A DNA stretch of 64,000 nucleotides from Escherichia coli (GTDB lineage: Bacteria > Pseudomonadota > Gammaproteobacteria > Enterobacterales > Enterobacteriaceae). The stretch lies in NCBI RefSeq assembly GCF_029227855.1, contig NZ_CP074356.1. One strand, given 5' to 3'. Below the pieces are notes generated by a model. The model ran no database searches, was not told the DNA's origin, and saw nothing but the letters and a program-made list of their open reading frames with translations. The translations under genes and the position numbers were made by a program. Numbering within the stretch: the stretch's first letter is position 1; each line of letters opens with the position of its first letter. Positions 25,595 to 34,815 of this stretch are shown one piece after another.

Positions 25595-27244
25595 TTAACC
25601 GCGCCACGCTTTATAGCGGTTAATCAGACCATTGGTCGAGCTATCGTGGCTGCTGATTTCTTTATCATCTTTCAGCTCTGGCAGAATACGGTTTGCCAGT
25701 TGTTTACCCAGCTCCACGCCCCACTGGTCGAAGGTGAAGATGTTCAGGATCACGCCCTGAGTAAAGATTTTGTGCTCATACAGCGCAATCAACGCCCCCA
25801 GGCTGAACGGAGTGATTTCGCGCAGCAGGATGGAGTTGGTCGGGCGGTTACCTTCGAACACTTTGAACGGCACCACGTAGTCAAGCGTTGCCGGATCTTT
25901 ACCCTGATCGCGATATTCCTGCTCAACCACTTCGCGGGATTTACCAAACGCCAGCGCTTCGGTCTGGGCGAAGAAGTTAGACAGCAGTTTCTGGTGGTGA
26001 TCAGAGAGCGGGTTATGGGTGATAGCCGGGGCGATGAAATCGCACGGTACCATTTTGGTTCCCTGGTGGATCAGCTGGTAGAACGCGTGCTGACCGTTAG
26101 TGCCTGGTTCACCCCAGATAATCGGGCCAGTCTGGTAATCCACAACGTTACCGTTACGGTCAACATACTTACCGTTGGACTCCATATTGCCCTGCTGGAA
26201 GTACGCCGCGAAACGGTGCATATACTGGTCATACGGCAGAATCGCTTCAGTTTCCGCACCAAAGAAATTGTTGTACCAGATGCCAATCAGCGCCAGCAGG
26301 ACAGGCAGGTTTTTCTCGGCAGGCGTGGTGGAGAAATGCTTGTCCATTGCGTGTGCGCCAGAAAGCAGTTCAACGAAGTTATCAAAGCCGATGGAGAGAA
26401 CAATCGACAGGCCAATCGCTGACCACAAAGAGTAACGGCCGCCGACCCAGTCCCAGAACTCGAACATGTTGGCAGTATCAATACCAAACTCGCCAACGGC
26501 TTTGGCATTGGTGGAAAGCGCCGCAAAGTGTTTTGCAACGTGTTTTTCATCACCTGCCGCTTTCAGGAACCAGTCACGCGCGCTATGGGCGTTGGTCATA
26601 GTTTCCTGAGTGGTGAAGGTTTTAGATGCTACCAGGAACAGCGTGGTTTCCGGGTTTACTTTTTTCAGCACTTCAGCGATGTGAGTCCCATCGACGTTAG
26701 AAACAAAGTGCATGTTCAGGTGATTTTTGTACGGACGCAGTGCTTCGGTCACCATGTACGGGCCGAGGTCAGAACCACCGATCCCGATGTTCACTACGTC
26801 AGTGATTGCTTTGCCGGTATAACCCTTCCACTCACCGGAGATAATCGCTTCCGAGAAGGTTTTCATCTTCTCCAGCACCGCGTTGACTTCCGGCATTACG
26901 TCTTTGCCATCAACCAGAATCGGGGTATTGCTACGGTTACGCAGCGCTACGTGCAGCACGGCGCGGTTTTCAGTGCGGTTGATCTTCTCGCCAGAGAACA
27001 TCGACTTAATCGCGCCCGCCAGATCGCACTCTTTCGCCAGATCCTGTAATTTCGCCAGCGTCTCTTCAGTGATGCGGTTTTTGGAGTAATCCACCAGCAT
27101 CTGATCGTCGAAGGTTGCGGAGAACTTAGAAAAACGATCGCCGTCTTTAGCAAAAAGATCGGCGATCGTAACGTCTTTCATTTCATCGAAGTGTTTCTGT
27201 AGTGCCTGCCAGGCAGCGGTCTGCGTTGGATTGATGTTTTTCAT
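25595..27244 (-). CDS. pgi: Glucose-6-phosphate isomerase
   Basis: Second Met of ORF 25595..27250: [34 protein letters not shown]..., 549 aa. Confidence 0.97.
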
Positions 27245-27469
27245 TAGCAATACTCTTCTGATTTTGAGAATTGTGACTTTGGAAGATTGTAGCGCCAGTC
27301 ACAGAAAAATGTGATGGTTTTAGTGCCGTTAGCGTAATGTTGAGTGTAAACCCTTAGCGCAGTGAAGCATTTATTAGCTGAACTACTGACCGCCAGGAGT
27401 GGATGAAAAATCCGCATGACCCCGTCGTTGACAACCGCCCCGCTCACCCTTTATTTATAAATGTACTAC

Positions 27470-27745
27470 CTGCGCTAGCGCAGGCCAGAAGAGGCGCGTT
27501 GCCCAAGTAACGGTGTTGGAGGAGCCAGTCCTGTGATAACACCTGAGGGGGTGCATCGCCGAGGTGATTGAACGGCTGGCCACGTTCATCATCGGCTACA
27601 GGGGCTGAATCCCCTGGGTTGTCACCAGAAGCGTTCGCAGTCGGGCGTTTCGCAAGTGGTGGAGCACTTCTGGGTGAAAATAGTAGCGAAGTATCGCTCT
27701 GCGCCCACCCGTCTTCCGCTCTTCCCTTGTGCCAAGGCTGAAAAT
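27470..27745 (+). promoter_or_regulatory. lysC leader containing the lysine riboswitch (L box); boundaries approximate
   Basis: Long GC-rich structured 5' UTR directly upstream of lysC with conserved-looking segments (agaggcgc..., ...gggggtgcatcgccgaggtgattgaacggctgg...); the E. coli lysC leader is an established lysine riboswitch. Confidence 0.65.
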
Positions 27746-27768
27746 GGATCCCCTGACACGAGGTAGTT

Positions 27769-29118
27769 ATGTCTGAAATTGTTGTCTCCAAATTTGGCGG
27801 TACCAGCGTAGCTGATTTTGACGCCATGAACCGCAGCGCTGATATTGTGCTTTCTGATGCCAACGTGCGTTTAGTAGTCCTCTCGGCTTCTGCTGGTATC
27901 ACTAATCTGCTGGTCGCTTTAGCGGAAGGGCTGGAACCTGGCGAGCGATTCGAAAAACTCGACGCTATTCGCAACATCCAGTTTGCCATTCTGGAACGTC
28001 TGCGTTACCCGAACGTTATCCGTGAAGAGATTGAACGTCTGCTGGAGAACATTACTGTTCTGGCAGAAGCGGCGGCGCTGGCAACGTCTCCGGCGCTGAC
28101 AGATGAGCTGGTCAGCCACGGCGAGCTGATGTCGACCCTGCTGTTTGTCGAAATCCTGCGCGAACGCGATGTTCAGGCACAGTGGTTTGATGTACGTAAA
28201 GTGATGCGTACCAACGACCGATTTGGTCGTGCAGAGCCAGATGTAGCCGCGCTGGCGGAACTGGCCGCGCTGCAGCTGCTCCCACGCCTCAATGACGGCT
28301 TAGTGATCACCCAGGGATTTATCGGTAGCGAAAATAAAGGTCGTACAACGACGCTTGGCCGTGGAGGCAGCGATTATACGGCAGCCTTGCTGGCGGAGGC
28401 TTTACACGCATCTCGTGTTGATATCTGGACCGACGTCCCGGGCATCTACACCACCGATCCACGCGTAGTTTCCGCAGCAAAACGCATTGATGAAATCGCG
28501 TTTGCCGAAGCGGCAGAGATGGCAACTTTTGGTGCAAAAGTACTGCATCCGGCAACGTTGCTACCCGCAGTACGCAGCGATATCCCGGTCTTTGTCGGCT
28601 CCAGCAAAGACCCACGCGCAGGTGGTACGCTGGTGTGCAATAAAACTGAAAATCCGCCGCTGTTCCGCGCGCTGGCGCTTCGTCGCAATCAGACTCTGCT
28701 CACTTTGCACAGCCTGAATATGCTGCATTCTCGCGGCTTCCTCGCGGAAGTTTTCGGCATCCTCGCGCGGCATAATATTTCGGTAGACTTAATCACCACG
28801 TCAGAAGTGAGCGTGGCATTAACCCTTGATACCACCGGTTCAACCTCCACTGGCGATACGTTGCTGACGCAATCTCTGCTGATGGAGCTTTCCGCACTGT
28901 GCCGGGTGGAAGTAGAAGAAGGTCTGGCGCTGGTCGCGTTGATTGGCAATGACCTGTCAAAAGCCTGCGGCGTTGGCAAAGAGGTATTCGGCGTACTGGA
29001 ACCGTTCAACATTCGCATGATTTGTTACGGCGCATCCAGCCATAACCTGTGCTTCCTGGTGCCCGGCGAAGATGCCGAGCAGGTGGTGCAGAAGCTGCAT
29101 TTTAATTTGTTTGAGTAA
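27769..29118 (+). CDS. lysC: Lysine-sensitive aspartokinase III
   Basis: 449 aa ORF MSEIVVSKFGGTSVADFDAMNRSADIVLSDANVRLVVLSASAGITNLL... Confidence 0.97.
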   Translation: MSEIVVSKFGGTSVADFDAMNRSADIVLSDANVRLVVLSASAGITNLLVALAEGLEPGERFEKLDAIRNIQFAILERLRYPNVIREEIERLLENITVLAEAAALATSPALTDELVSHGELMSTLLFVEILRERDVQAQWFDVRKVMRTNDRFGRAEPDVAALAELAALQLLPRLNDGLVITQGFIGSENKGRTTTLGRGGSDYTAALLAEALHASRVDIWTDVPGIYTTDPRVVSAAKRIDEIAFAEAAEMATFGAKVLHPATLLPAVRSDIPVFVGSSKDPRAGGTLVCNKTENPPLFRALALRRNQTLLTLHSLNMLHSRGFLAEVFGILARHNISVDLITTSEVSVALTLDTTGSTSTGDTLLTQSLLMELSALCRVEVEEGLALVALIGNDLSKACGVGKEVFGVLEPFNIRMICYGASSHNLCFLVPGEDAEQVVQKLHFNLFE

Positions 29119-29262
29119 TATTTCCCTACTGGCGTATAACGCTCACCGATTGTTATACGCCATCCTCACTGAAAACATAGATTAAATAATATCTGAAAAG
29201 CAAAATCACTCCTGTAGAACAGTATTATAATCACCGAAAAATATCATTTAACAGGAGTGTTA

Positions 29263-30189
29263 ATGGCTACTTTAATGGAAAAAGATGCACTTTTAAACGG
29301 AGCCAGTCAGTGCATCGCGTTTTTATCAAATATCATTGATAATTGCTCAGTTTCGTCGCATCAGGATTCAGGCGATGCTCTCAAGCGATTAGTCAGCTAT
29401 CGCGATTATCTTTATTCTACCCCCGCTGAACTTGTTGATTTTACACAAGGTAAGATTCTCCTTCAGCAGGTAAGAACTCAATATCAGCATGAATTCAACA
29501 ATACTACGCATTCAGAAAATAAAGCATCTTTTGATTCTATTTGGCAGCGTCTGACAAATCATGAAGTCACACCGCAACAGCATCCCATTGGTTTTGTTTT
29601 AGGTGGGCAACCCGGAGCAGGTAAATCATCTCTGATTGAATTAGCCAAAAGAGAGACAAAAGATAATATAATGATTATTAACGGTGATGATTTTCGATTT
29701 CTACACCCTGATTTTAATTATATCTACCAAAATTATGGGGATGATTTTGTTACCCATACAGCGAAATTTTCCGGCGAAACGGTCGAACGTGCAATTGAGA
29801 GAGCGATAGTCAGTAAACTCAACATTGTTGTCGAAGGAACATTTCGTAATGCCGCGACGCCGTTACAAACATTAAAAAAACTCAAAGATGCAGGCTACCA
29901 AACAGAAGTCATGATAAAAACAACCTCAGCGGCATTAAGCTGGGAAAGCACCAATGAACGGTATAGTAAGGACAAAGAGGCGGGAAATATTGCCCGAAAA
30001 GTGGATAAAAACCACCATGATATCGTCACCGGTTTGCTGGCAGAAAATGCCCGCAAGGTGTTTGCTTCGAACCTGTCAGATAAGTTTGCGGTGTATTCGC
30101 GTGAGAAGATGATATTTAGTTCACAAGCGGCAACGAATGACGATATTGCAACACTTATACAGAATGAAATCAGCGGGAATACACAATAA
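29263..30189 (+). CDS. Zeta-toxin-like P-loop kinase with an N-terminal extension of about 100 aa; accessory, AT-rich
   Basis: Walker A GGQPGAGKS, Walker-B-like hhhhEG (NIVVEGT), overall zeta/PezT-like layout; ATG at 29263 preceded by aggag; the ORF track extends to a GTG at 29257; markedly lower GC than lysC. Confidence 0.7.
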   Translation: MATLMEKDALLNGASQCIAFLSNIIDNCSVSSHQDSGDALKRLVSYRDYLYSTPAELVDFTQGKILLQQVRTQYQHEFNNTTHSENKASFDSIWQRLTNHEVTPQQHPIGFVLGGQPGAGKSSLIELAKRETKDNIMIINGDDFRFLHPDFNYIYQNYGDDFVTHTAKFSGETVERAIERAIVSKLNIVVEGTFRNAATPLQTLKKLKDAGYQTEVMIKTTSAALSWESTNERYSKDKEAGNIARKVDKNHHDIVTGLLAENARKVFASNLSDKFAVYSREKMIFSSQAATNDDIATLIQNEISGNTQ

Positions 30190-30224
30190 TAATAAGAGCT
30201 GATGGCGTGAAATAACGCCGGGCT

Positions 30225-31025
30225 TTATGCCCGGCGCATTACCGTCTGGTACATTAAGCTATCCAGTTCCTTAACGTCCCCTTCTCTGCTATCCGGTAAC
30301 AGCGGTGGAATTTCCCCACGCGCCTGTTCCGCACGAATAAACGCATGTAACAATGGACGGCGCGGACCATATTCCGCTTCTCCTGCGCGCTGTTTACGTT
30401 CCAGTAATTCGTCTATTTCTGCACGTAACGGCGCATCAAGTTCGCTTCCCGCCAGTAACTCAGCAAAGCGCATTGGCGGCACGCCTTTTCCCGCTTCGAC
30501 CCAGCGCACGGCCAGCAGCGGACGCAGCACGTAAAAGTATTTTTTCAGTCGAACTTCATCGCCCTGCAAATATCCGCGGAAGTTTTTCTGCGCCATCGAA
30601 TAGTAATGCCAGCGCGCACGCAGCGGAGAAAACCACATTGGGACCATTGCCTTAAGCGCCGTTATCGTTTCTTCATCTTGTTGATAGACCACCGGAGAAT
30701 CCAGCCATTCTATCAGCGTCGGGTTCGCGCCTTTCAATAATCCCAGCGCCTTACGCCACTCCCAACCGGAAACATCTAACTCGTCGTCGATGGGCAGCTC
30801 GATAACATCGCGCGGCGGCTCCACCCGCAGATACCATTCCAGCGGGTGAACATACAAAAACCGTACATCGTAGTCGCTGTCGGGCGAGGCAAACCCCCAG
30901 CCGCGGCTCCCGGATTCACAGGCATACAGCACTTTCACGCCGTAGCGCCGTTCTATTTCTTTTAACTGCTGCGATACCCGTTCGCGCATCGCAGCACTGA
31001 CTCCATTTAATGGCATGTTACTCAC
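30225..31025 (-). CDS. Pol-beta-superfamily nucleotidyltransferase-fold protein (minimal NTase plus helical C-terminal region); accessory
   Basis: Motif YACESGSRGWGFASPDSDYDVRF (G[GS]...D.D NTase signature); starts at GTG 31025 overlapping the upstream stop (GTGA) or at ATG 31016. Confidence 0.65.
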   Translation of the reverse strand: MSNMPLNGVSAAMRERVSQQLKEIERRYGVKVLYACESGSRGWGFASPDSDYDVRFLYVHPLEWYLRVEPPRDVIELPIDDELDVSGWEWRKALGLLKGANPTLIEWLDSPVVYQQDEETITALKAMVPMWFSPLRARWHYYSMAQKNFRGYLQGDEVRLKKYFYVLRPLLAVRWVEAGKGVPPMRFAELLAGSELDAPLRAEIDELLERKQRAGEAEYGPRRPLLHAFIRAEQARGEIPPLLPDSREGDVKELDSLMYQTVMRRA

Positions 31026-32149
31026 CCTTTGATATTAACCAACCCATGCAGAACCTGATCCAGACCGCCAAATACAGAGATGTTATCGATCCGCTCAGCC
31101 ACTCTCTCCAGCGTTTCTAGCTCTTTTAAACGCAACGCTACCGGATTGTTCTCCATGACTTTGGCGGTGTTCAGTAACGAGCGCGTCGCTGCCGTTTCTT
31201 CACGTCGGCGAATCACATTCGCCTGCGCAGATTTCTCCGCCTCAACCAGCTGCGCAAGGATATTTTTCATATCGCCAGGCAGGACGATATCTTTCACCCC
31301 TAATGAAGCAATCTCCATACCAAATGGCAACATGCGCGATTTCACCTGTTCGCTGACAACGTCATCAATGACCTGTTTATCTTCCAGCAGTTCATCCAGC
31401 GTACGAGTACCTACCGCTTCACGCAGGGCAAATTGCAATTCCCGATACAAATGATCAATCGGCTTCGTTAACTGACTAAATGCCAGCAACACGTCGCTGT
31501 AGCGCCAGTTAGCGGCGAGATTAATCCGCAGATTGACCTTATCTTTCGTTAAGATTTCTTGCCCGCTGACTTCCAGTACCTGCAAGCGGGTGTCGACAAC
31601 TTCAGCCTCAACCAGATGATTTATTTTCCAGTATGCTGTCAGCCCCGGCGGTAACAGCGCCTGCGTTTCACCATCGATTTTCAGCACGCCTACATGCCAG
31701 GCCGGAACCTGCACCGTGAGTATCGCATCGCGGCCTTTAACTGCCCCTTTGCGCCGTGGTTGCAATACCGCATTCATCACCTCCGTTTGTACCTGGACTT
31801 GCTGCGTATTCATCCGCACCAGTGTCAAATCATCTTCTACACGCCAGTACAAACGGCGCGTTGATGGCGGCAGAATCTCCAGCAAAATACCGTCCATATA
31901 CAACGCCCCGGCTTCAATCTCCGACAAGTCTGCCACCAGGCAATATTTCTCCACCCAATCAGGCTGAAAGCGGCGCAAATAATCCGCCAGCACGTCGGGA
32001 ACTTCGCTGCCATCGAGCGTAATCAGCAAGACTTCTGGCGTATTTAACCAGGGTAAAAGATGCTCGCCTGCATGCAGCACTTTGTAGTAATCGCCATTTC
32101 TGGAGAGTAATGCCAGCTGATCTTTTCTTACGCTTATTTTCTTAATCAT
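31022..32149 (-). CDS. SPFH/band-7 (stomatin/prohibitin/flotillin-like) domain protein without an obvious N-terminal transmembrane segment; accessory
   Basis: C-terminal half (...LTKDKVNLRINLAANWRYSDVLLAFSQL...GMEIASLGVKDIVLPGDMKNILAQLVEAEKSAQANVIRRREE...) resembles SPFH domains; RBS-like aagga 6 nt upstream of ATG at 32147-32149. Confidence 0.65.
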   Translation of the reverse strand: MIKKISVRKDQLALLSRNGDYYKVLHAGEHLLPWLNTPEVLLITLDGSEVPDVLADYLRRFQPDWVEKYCLVADLSEIEAGALYMDGILLEILPPSTRRLYWRVEDDLTLVRMNTQQVQVQTEVMNAVLQPRRKGAVKGRDAILTVQVPAWHVGVLKIDGETQALLPPGLTAYWKINHLVEAEVVDTRLQVLEVSGQEILTKDKVNLRINLAANWRYSDVLLAFSQLTKPIDHLYRELQFALREAVGTRTLDELLEDKQVIDDVVSEQVKSRMLPFGMEIASLGVKDIVLPGDMKNILAQLVEAEKSAQANVIRRREETAATRSLLNTAKVMENNPVALRLKELETLERVAERIDNISVFGGLDQVLHGLVNIKG

Positions 32150-32678
32150 TATCTATTCCTTGCTTAACAGCCGTCGCGGAAGCAGACACGAAGCGACAGG
32201 GGAATTCCCTTTTGCCTGTTACCCGGCATCTTTATCGGCGACGTTATCGGGGATCGCTGACTGCGCAATCCCTCACTTTTTATTTAATAAGTTAAAACCA
32301 GTATTCATTTCAGGAATGAATGTGGGAATCGAACCCATAATTGGCGTCAAAGGCTGACGGAACACGCCCGGAAAACAGCCTGGCCGTTCCTGGTGTGCCG
32401 ACGGGGTTTGACCCCCTTTGTAATTCAGTTTCAACGCGTACGAGATATTGCGAGAAGCGTGCCAGAATTGAGAAAAAATTATTAACCAAATGAAAAATAA
32501 AGATTTAATAAATTATTTTTGTTTGTAGAGGGAAAACTTTTCGCTAAATTTGTATCTGTATTTATCGTCAATTATCAAGAAAGATAAATATTTAAGAAGA
32601 GAACAAAGGAATATTATCAGTTCAGCTCGCAAACGAATTCCCGTACACTGAACTCTCTGGCTCACTGAGGGCACCATC

Positions 32679-32951
32679 ATGGCACTCCCCCGTATTACCC
32701 AAAAAGAGATGACTGAACGCGAGCAGCGTGAACTTAAAACACTGCTGGATCGGGCGCGGATTGCGCATGGTCGCGTACTGACCAACTCCGAAACCAACAG
32801 CATTAAGAAAGAGTACATCGATAAATTAATGGTCGAGCGTGAGGCTGAAGCGAAAAAAGCCCGCCAGTTGAAGAAAAAGCAGGCTTATAAACCGGATCCT
32901 GAAGCGTCATTTAGCTGGTCAGCAAATACGTCGACGCGCGGCAGGCGCTGA
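32679..32951 (+). CDS. yjbD: DUF3811 small protein YjbD
   Basis: 90 aa ORF MALPRITQKEMTEREQRELKTLLDRARIAHGRVL... Confidence 0.9.
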   Translation: MALPRITQKEMTEREQRELKTLLDRARIAHGRVLTNSETNSIKKEYIDKLMVEREAEAKKARQLKKKQAYKPDPEASFSWSANTSTRGRR

Positions 32952-33824
32952 TTAGCGCCCCTTCTTTTTACGCCCCGGAGAGGTAAAACGCTTACCGTTG
33001 GACGCCGGGCGACCGCCTTTTTCCGCCGTTTTTTCCATCTTAACGACTGGACGTTTGATGCCCGCTGTTTTCGGTTTGGCCTTCACTTTAGGTTTTGCCT
33101 CGGAAGAGGAATTTTCGATGAGCTTAAAGAGGTCGATTAACTCATCATCAGTTAAATCGCGCCACTCACCCAGCGGAATGCCGCTTAAGCTGACGTTCAT
33201 AATGCGCGTACGTTCCAGCTTTTTCACTTCATAGCCGAAATGCTCGCACATGCGCCGGATCTGACGGTTCAGCCCCTGCACCAGGGTAATGCGGAAGACA
33301 AACGGCGCTTCTTTTTTGACTTTGCACTTTTTCGTCACCGTCCCGAGGATCGGCACCCCCGCCCCCATACCACGAATAAATTCATCGGTAATCGGTTTAT
33401 CGACCGTCACCAGATACTCTTTCTCATGATCGTTACCCGCACGGAGGATCTTATTCACCAGATCGCCGTGATTGGTGAGGAAAATCAGCCCCTGGGAGTC
33501 TTTATCCAGGCGGCCAATCGGGAACACGCGTTTGCTGTGGTTAACGAAATCGACAATGTTATCGCGCTCGCCATCTTCGGTGGTGCTGACAATACCGACG
33601 GGCTTGTTCAGGGCGATAAGTACCAAATCTTCGGCTTCCCGAGGCTCAATCAACTGACCGTTTACTTTCACAACGTCGCCGGGTTTCACCTGATCGCCAA
33701 TGGTGGCTCGCTTGCCATTAAGGAACACATTGCCTTGCTCGATATAGCGATCCGCTTCGCGGCGTGAGCAAATTCCGCTTTCGCTGATGTATTTATTTAA
33801 ACGGACTGATGAGTCGGGCAGCAT
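32952..33824 (-). CDS. rluF: 23S rRNA pseudouridine synthase RluF
   Basis: 290 aa ORF with S4 domain and RsuA-type catalytic region ([16 protein letters not shown]); Lys-rich C-tail. Confidence 0.95.
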   Translation of the reverse strand: MLPDSSVRLNKYISESGICSRREADRYIEQGNVFLNGKRATIGDQVKPGDVVKVNGQLIEPREAEDLVLIALNKPVGIVSTTEDGERDNIVDFVNHSKRVFPIGRLDKDSQGLIFLTNHGDLVNKILRAGNDHEKEYLVTVDKPITDEFIRGMGAGVPILGTVTKKCKVKKEAPFVFRITLVQGLNRQIRRMCEHFGYEVKKLERTRIMNVSLSGIPLGEWRDLTDDELIDLFKLIENSSSEAKPKVKAKPKTAGIKRPVVKMEKTAEKGGRPASNGKRFTSPGRKKKGR

Positions 33825-34035
33825 AAATTCTCCTGTAAAAAACGGAATATACCGTACCTTTGGGTTGATAAAAAATAGTCATGAGCGAACTATTTGTTAT
33901 TTCCATTGGCTTGAATTCGTTACCTGCTCAAATCACTTTCCAGAAGCAATGTGCGACATCGTGAGCCATGTCAGTAAGTGGTTAAATTCGCAGTGGTAGC
34001 ATGCCTCCCGTGATTTCTTACTAACCGGAGAAGTA

Positions 34036-34725
34036 ATGGAACTGCTTTTATTGAGTAACTCGACGCTGCCGGGTAAAGCCTGGCTGGAACATGCACTGCC
34101 GCTAATTGCTGAACAGTTGCAGGGTCGCCGCTCAGCGGTGTTTATCCCTTTCGCTGGCGTAACGCAGACCTGGGATGATTACACAGCGAAAACGGCTGCG
34201 GTTCTCGCTCCGCTGGGTGTTTCTGTCACCGGTATTCATAGCGTTGTCGATCCCGTTGCCGCGATTGAAAATGCTGAGATCGTGATTGTCGGCGGCGGGA
34301 ATACTTTCCAGTTGCTGAAACAGTGCCGCGAGCGCGGGCTGCTGGCACCAATTACTGACGTGGTTAAACGTGGCGCTCTGTATATTGGCTGGAGCGCAGG
34401 CGCTAACCTTGCTTGCCCAACCATTCGTACCACCAACGATATGCCGATTGTCGATCCGCAAGGTTTCGATGCGCTAAATCTGTTCCCGTTGCAAATCAAC
34501 CCGCACTTCACCAACGCGCTGCCGGAAGGCCATAAAGGTGAAACCCGTGAGCAGCGTATTCGCGAACTGCTGGTCGTCGCGCCAGAACTGACGATTATTG
34601 GTCTACCGGAAGGTAACTGGATCACAGTGAGTAAAGGTCACGCTACGCTGGGTGGCCCGAACACCACTTATGTGTTTAAGGCTGGTGAAGAAGCGGTGCC
34701 GCTAGAAGCTGGTCACCGTTTTTAA
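34036..34725 (+). CDS. pepE: Dipeptidase E (alpha-aspartyl dipeptidase)
   Basis: 229 aa [35 protein letters not shown]... Confidence 0.95.
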
Positions 34726-34765
34726 GTGAATTGCCGGATGCATGATCCGGCATCTTGTTCATAGC

Positions 34766-34803
34766 GCCTGATGCGACGCTTGACGCGTCTTATCAGGCCT
34801 ACA
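34766..34803. repeat. REP element downstream of pepE
   Basis: gcctgatgcgacgcttgacgcgtcttatcaggcctaca read directly; preceded by palindrome gccggatgcatgatccggc (34733-34751). Confidence 0.6.
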
Positions 34804-34815
34804 GGATTCACAATA

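Noticed and set aside
27444-27989. 181 aa ORF on the minus strand upstream of lysC
   Set aside because: It overlaps the lysC leader/riboswitch and the lysC start on the opposite strand; its high GC and structured RNA context explain the open frame. No RBS or known homologue.
32322-32338. tRNA-like T-arm motif (gtgggaatcgaacccat; minus strand reads ATGGGTTCGATTCCCAC) in the spacer between the SPFH gene and yjbD, which could mark an integration (att) remnant
   Set aside because: No complete cloverleaf could be built: the acceptor 3' strand and CCA are missing, the anticodon arm is imperfect, and no full tRNA or integrase occurs in the window. Kept only as a weak hint.
32160-32818. Small ORFs 32160..32357 (+) and 32513..32818 (-) next to yjbD
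   Set aside because: No RBS or domain; the second overlaps the yjbD start and its AT-rich promoter. Likely chance frames.
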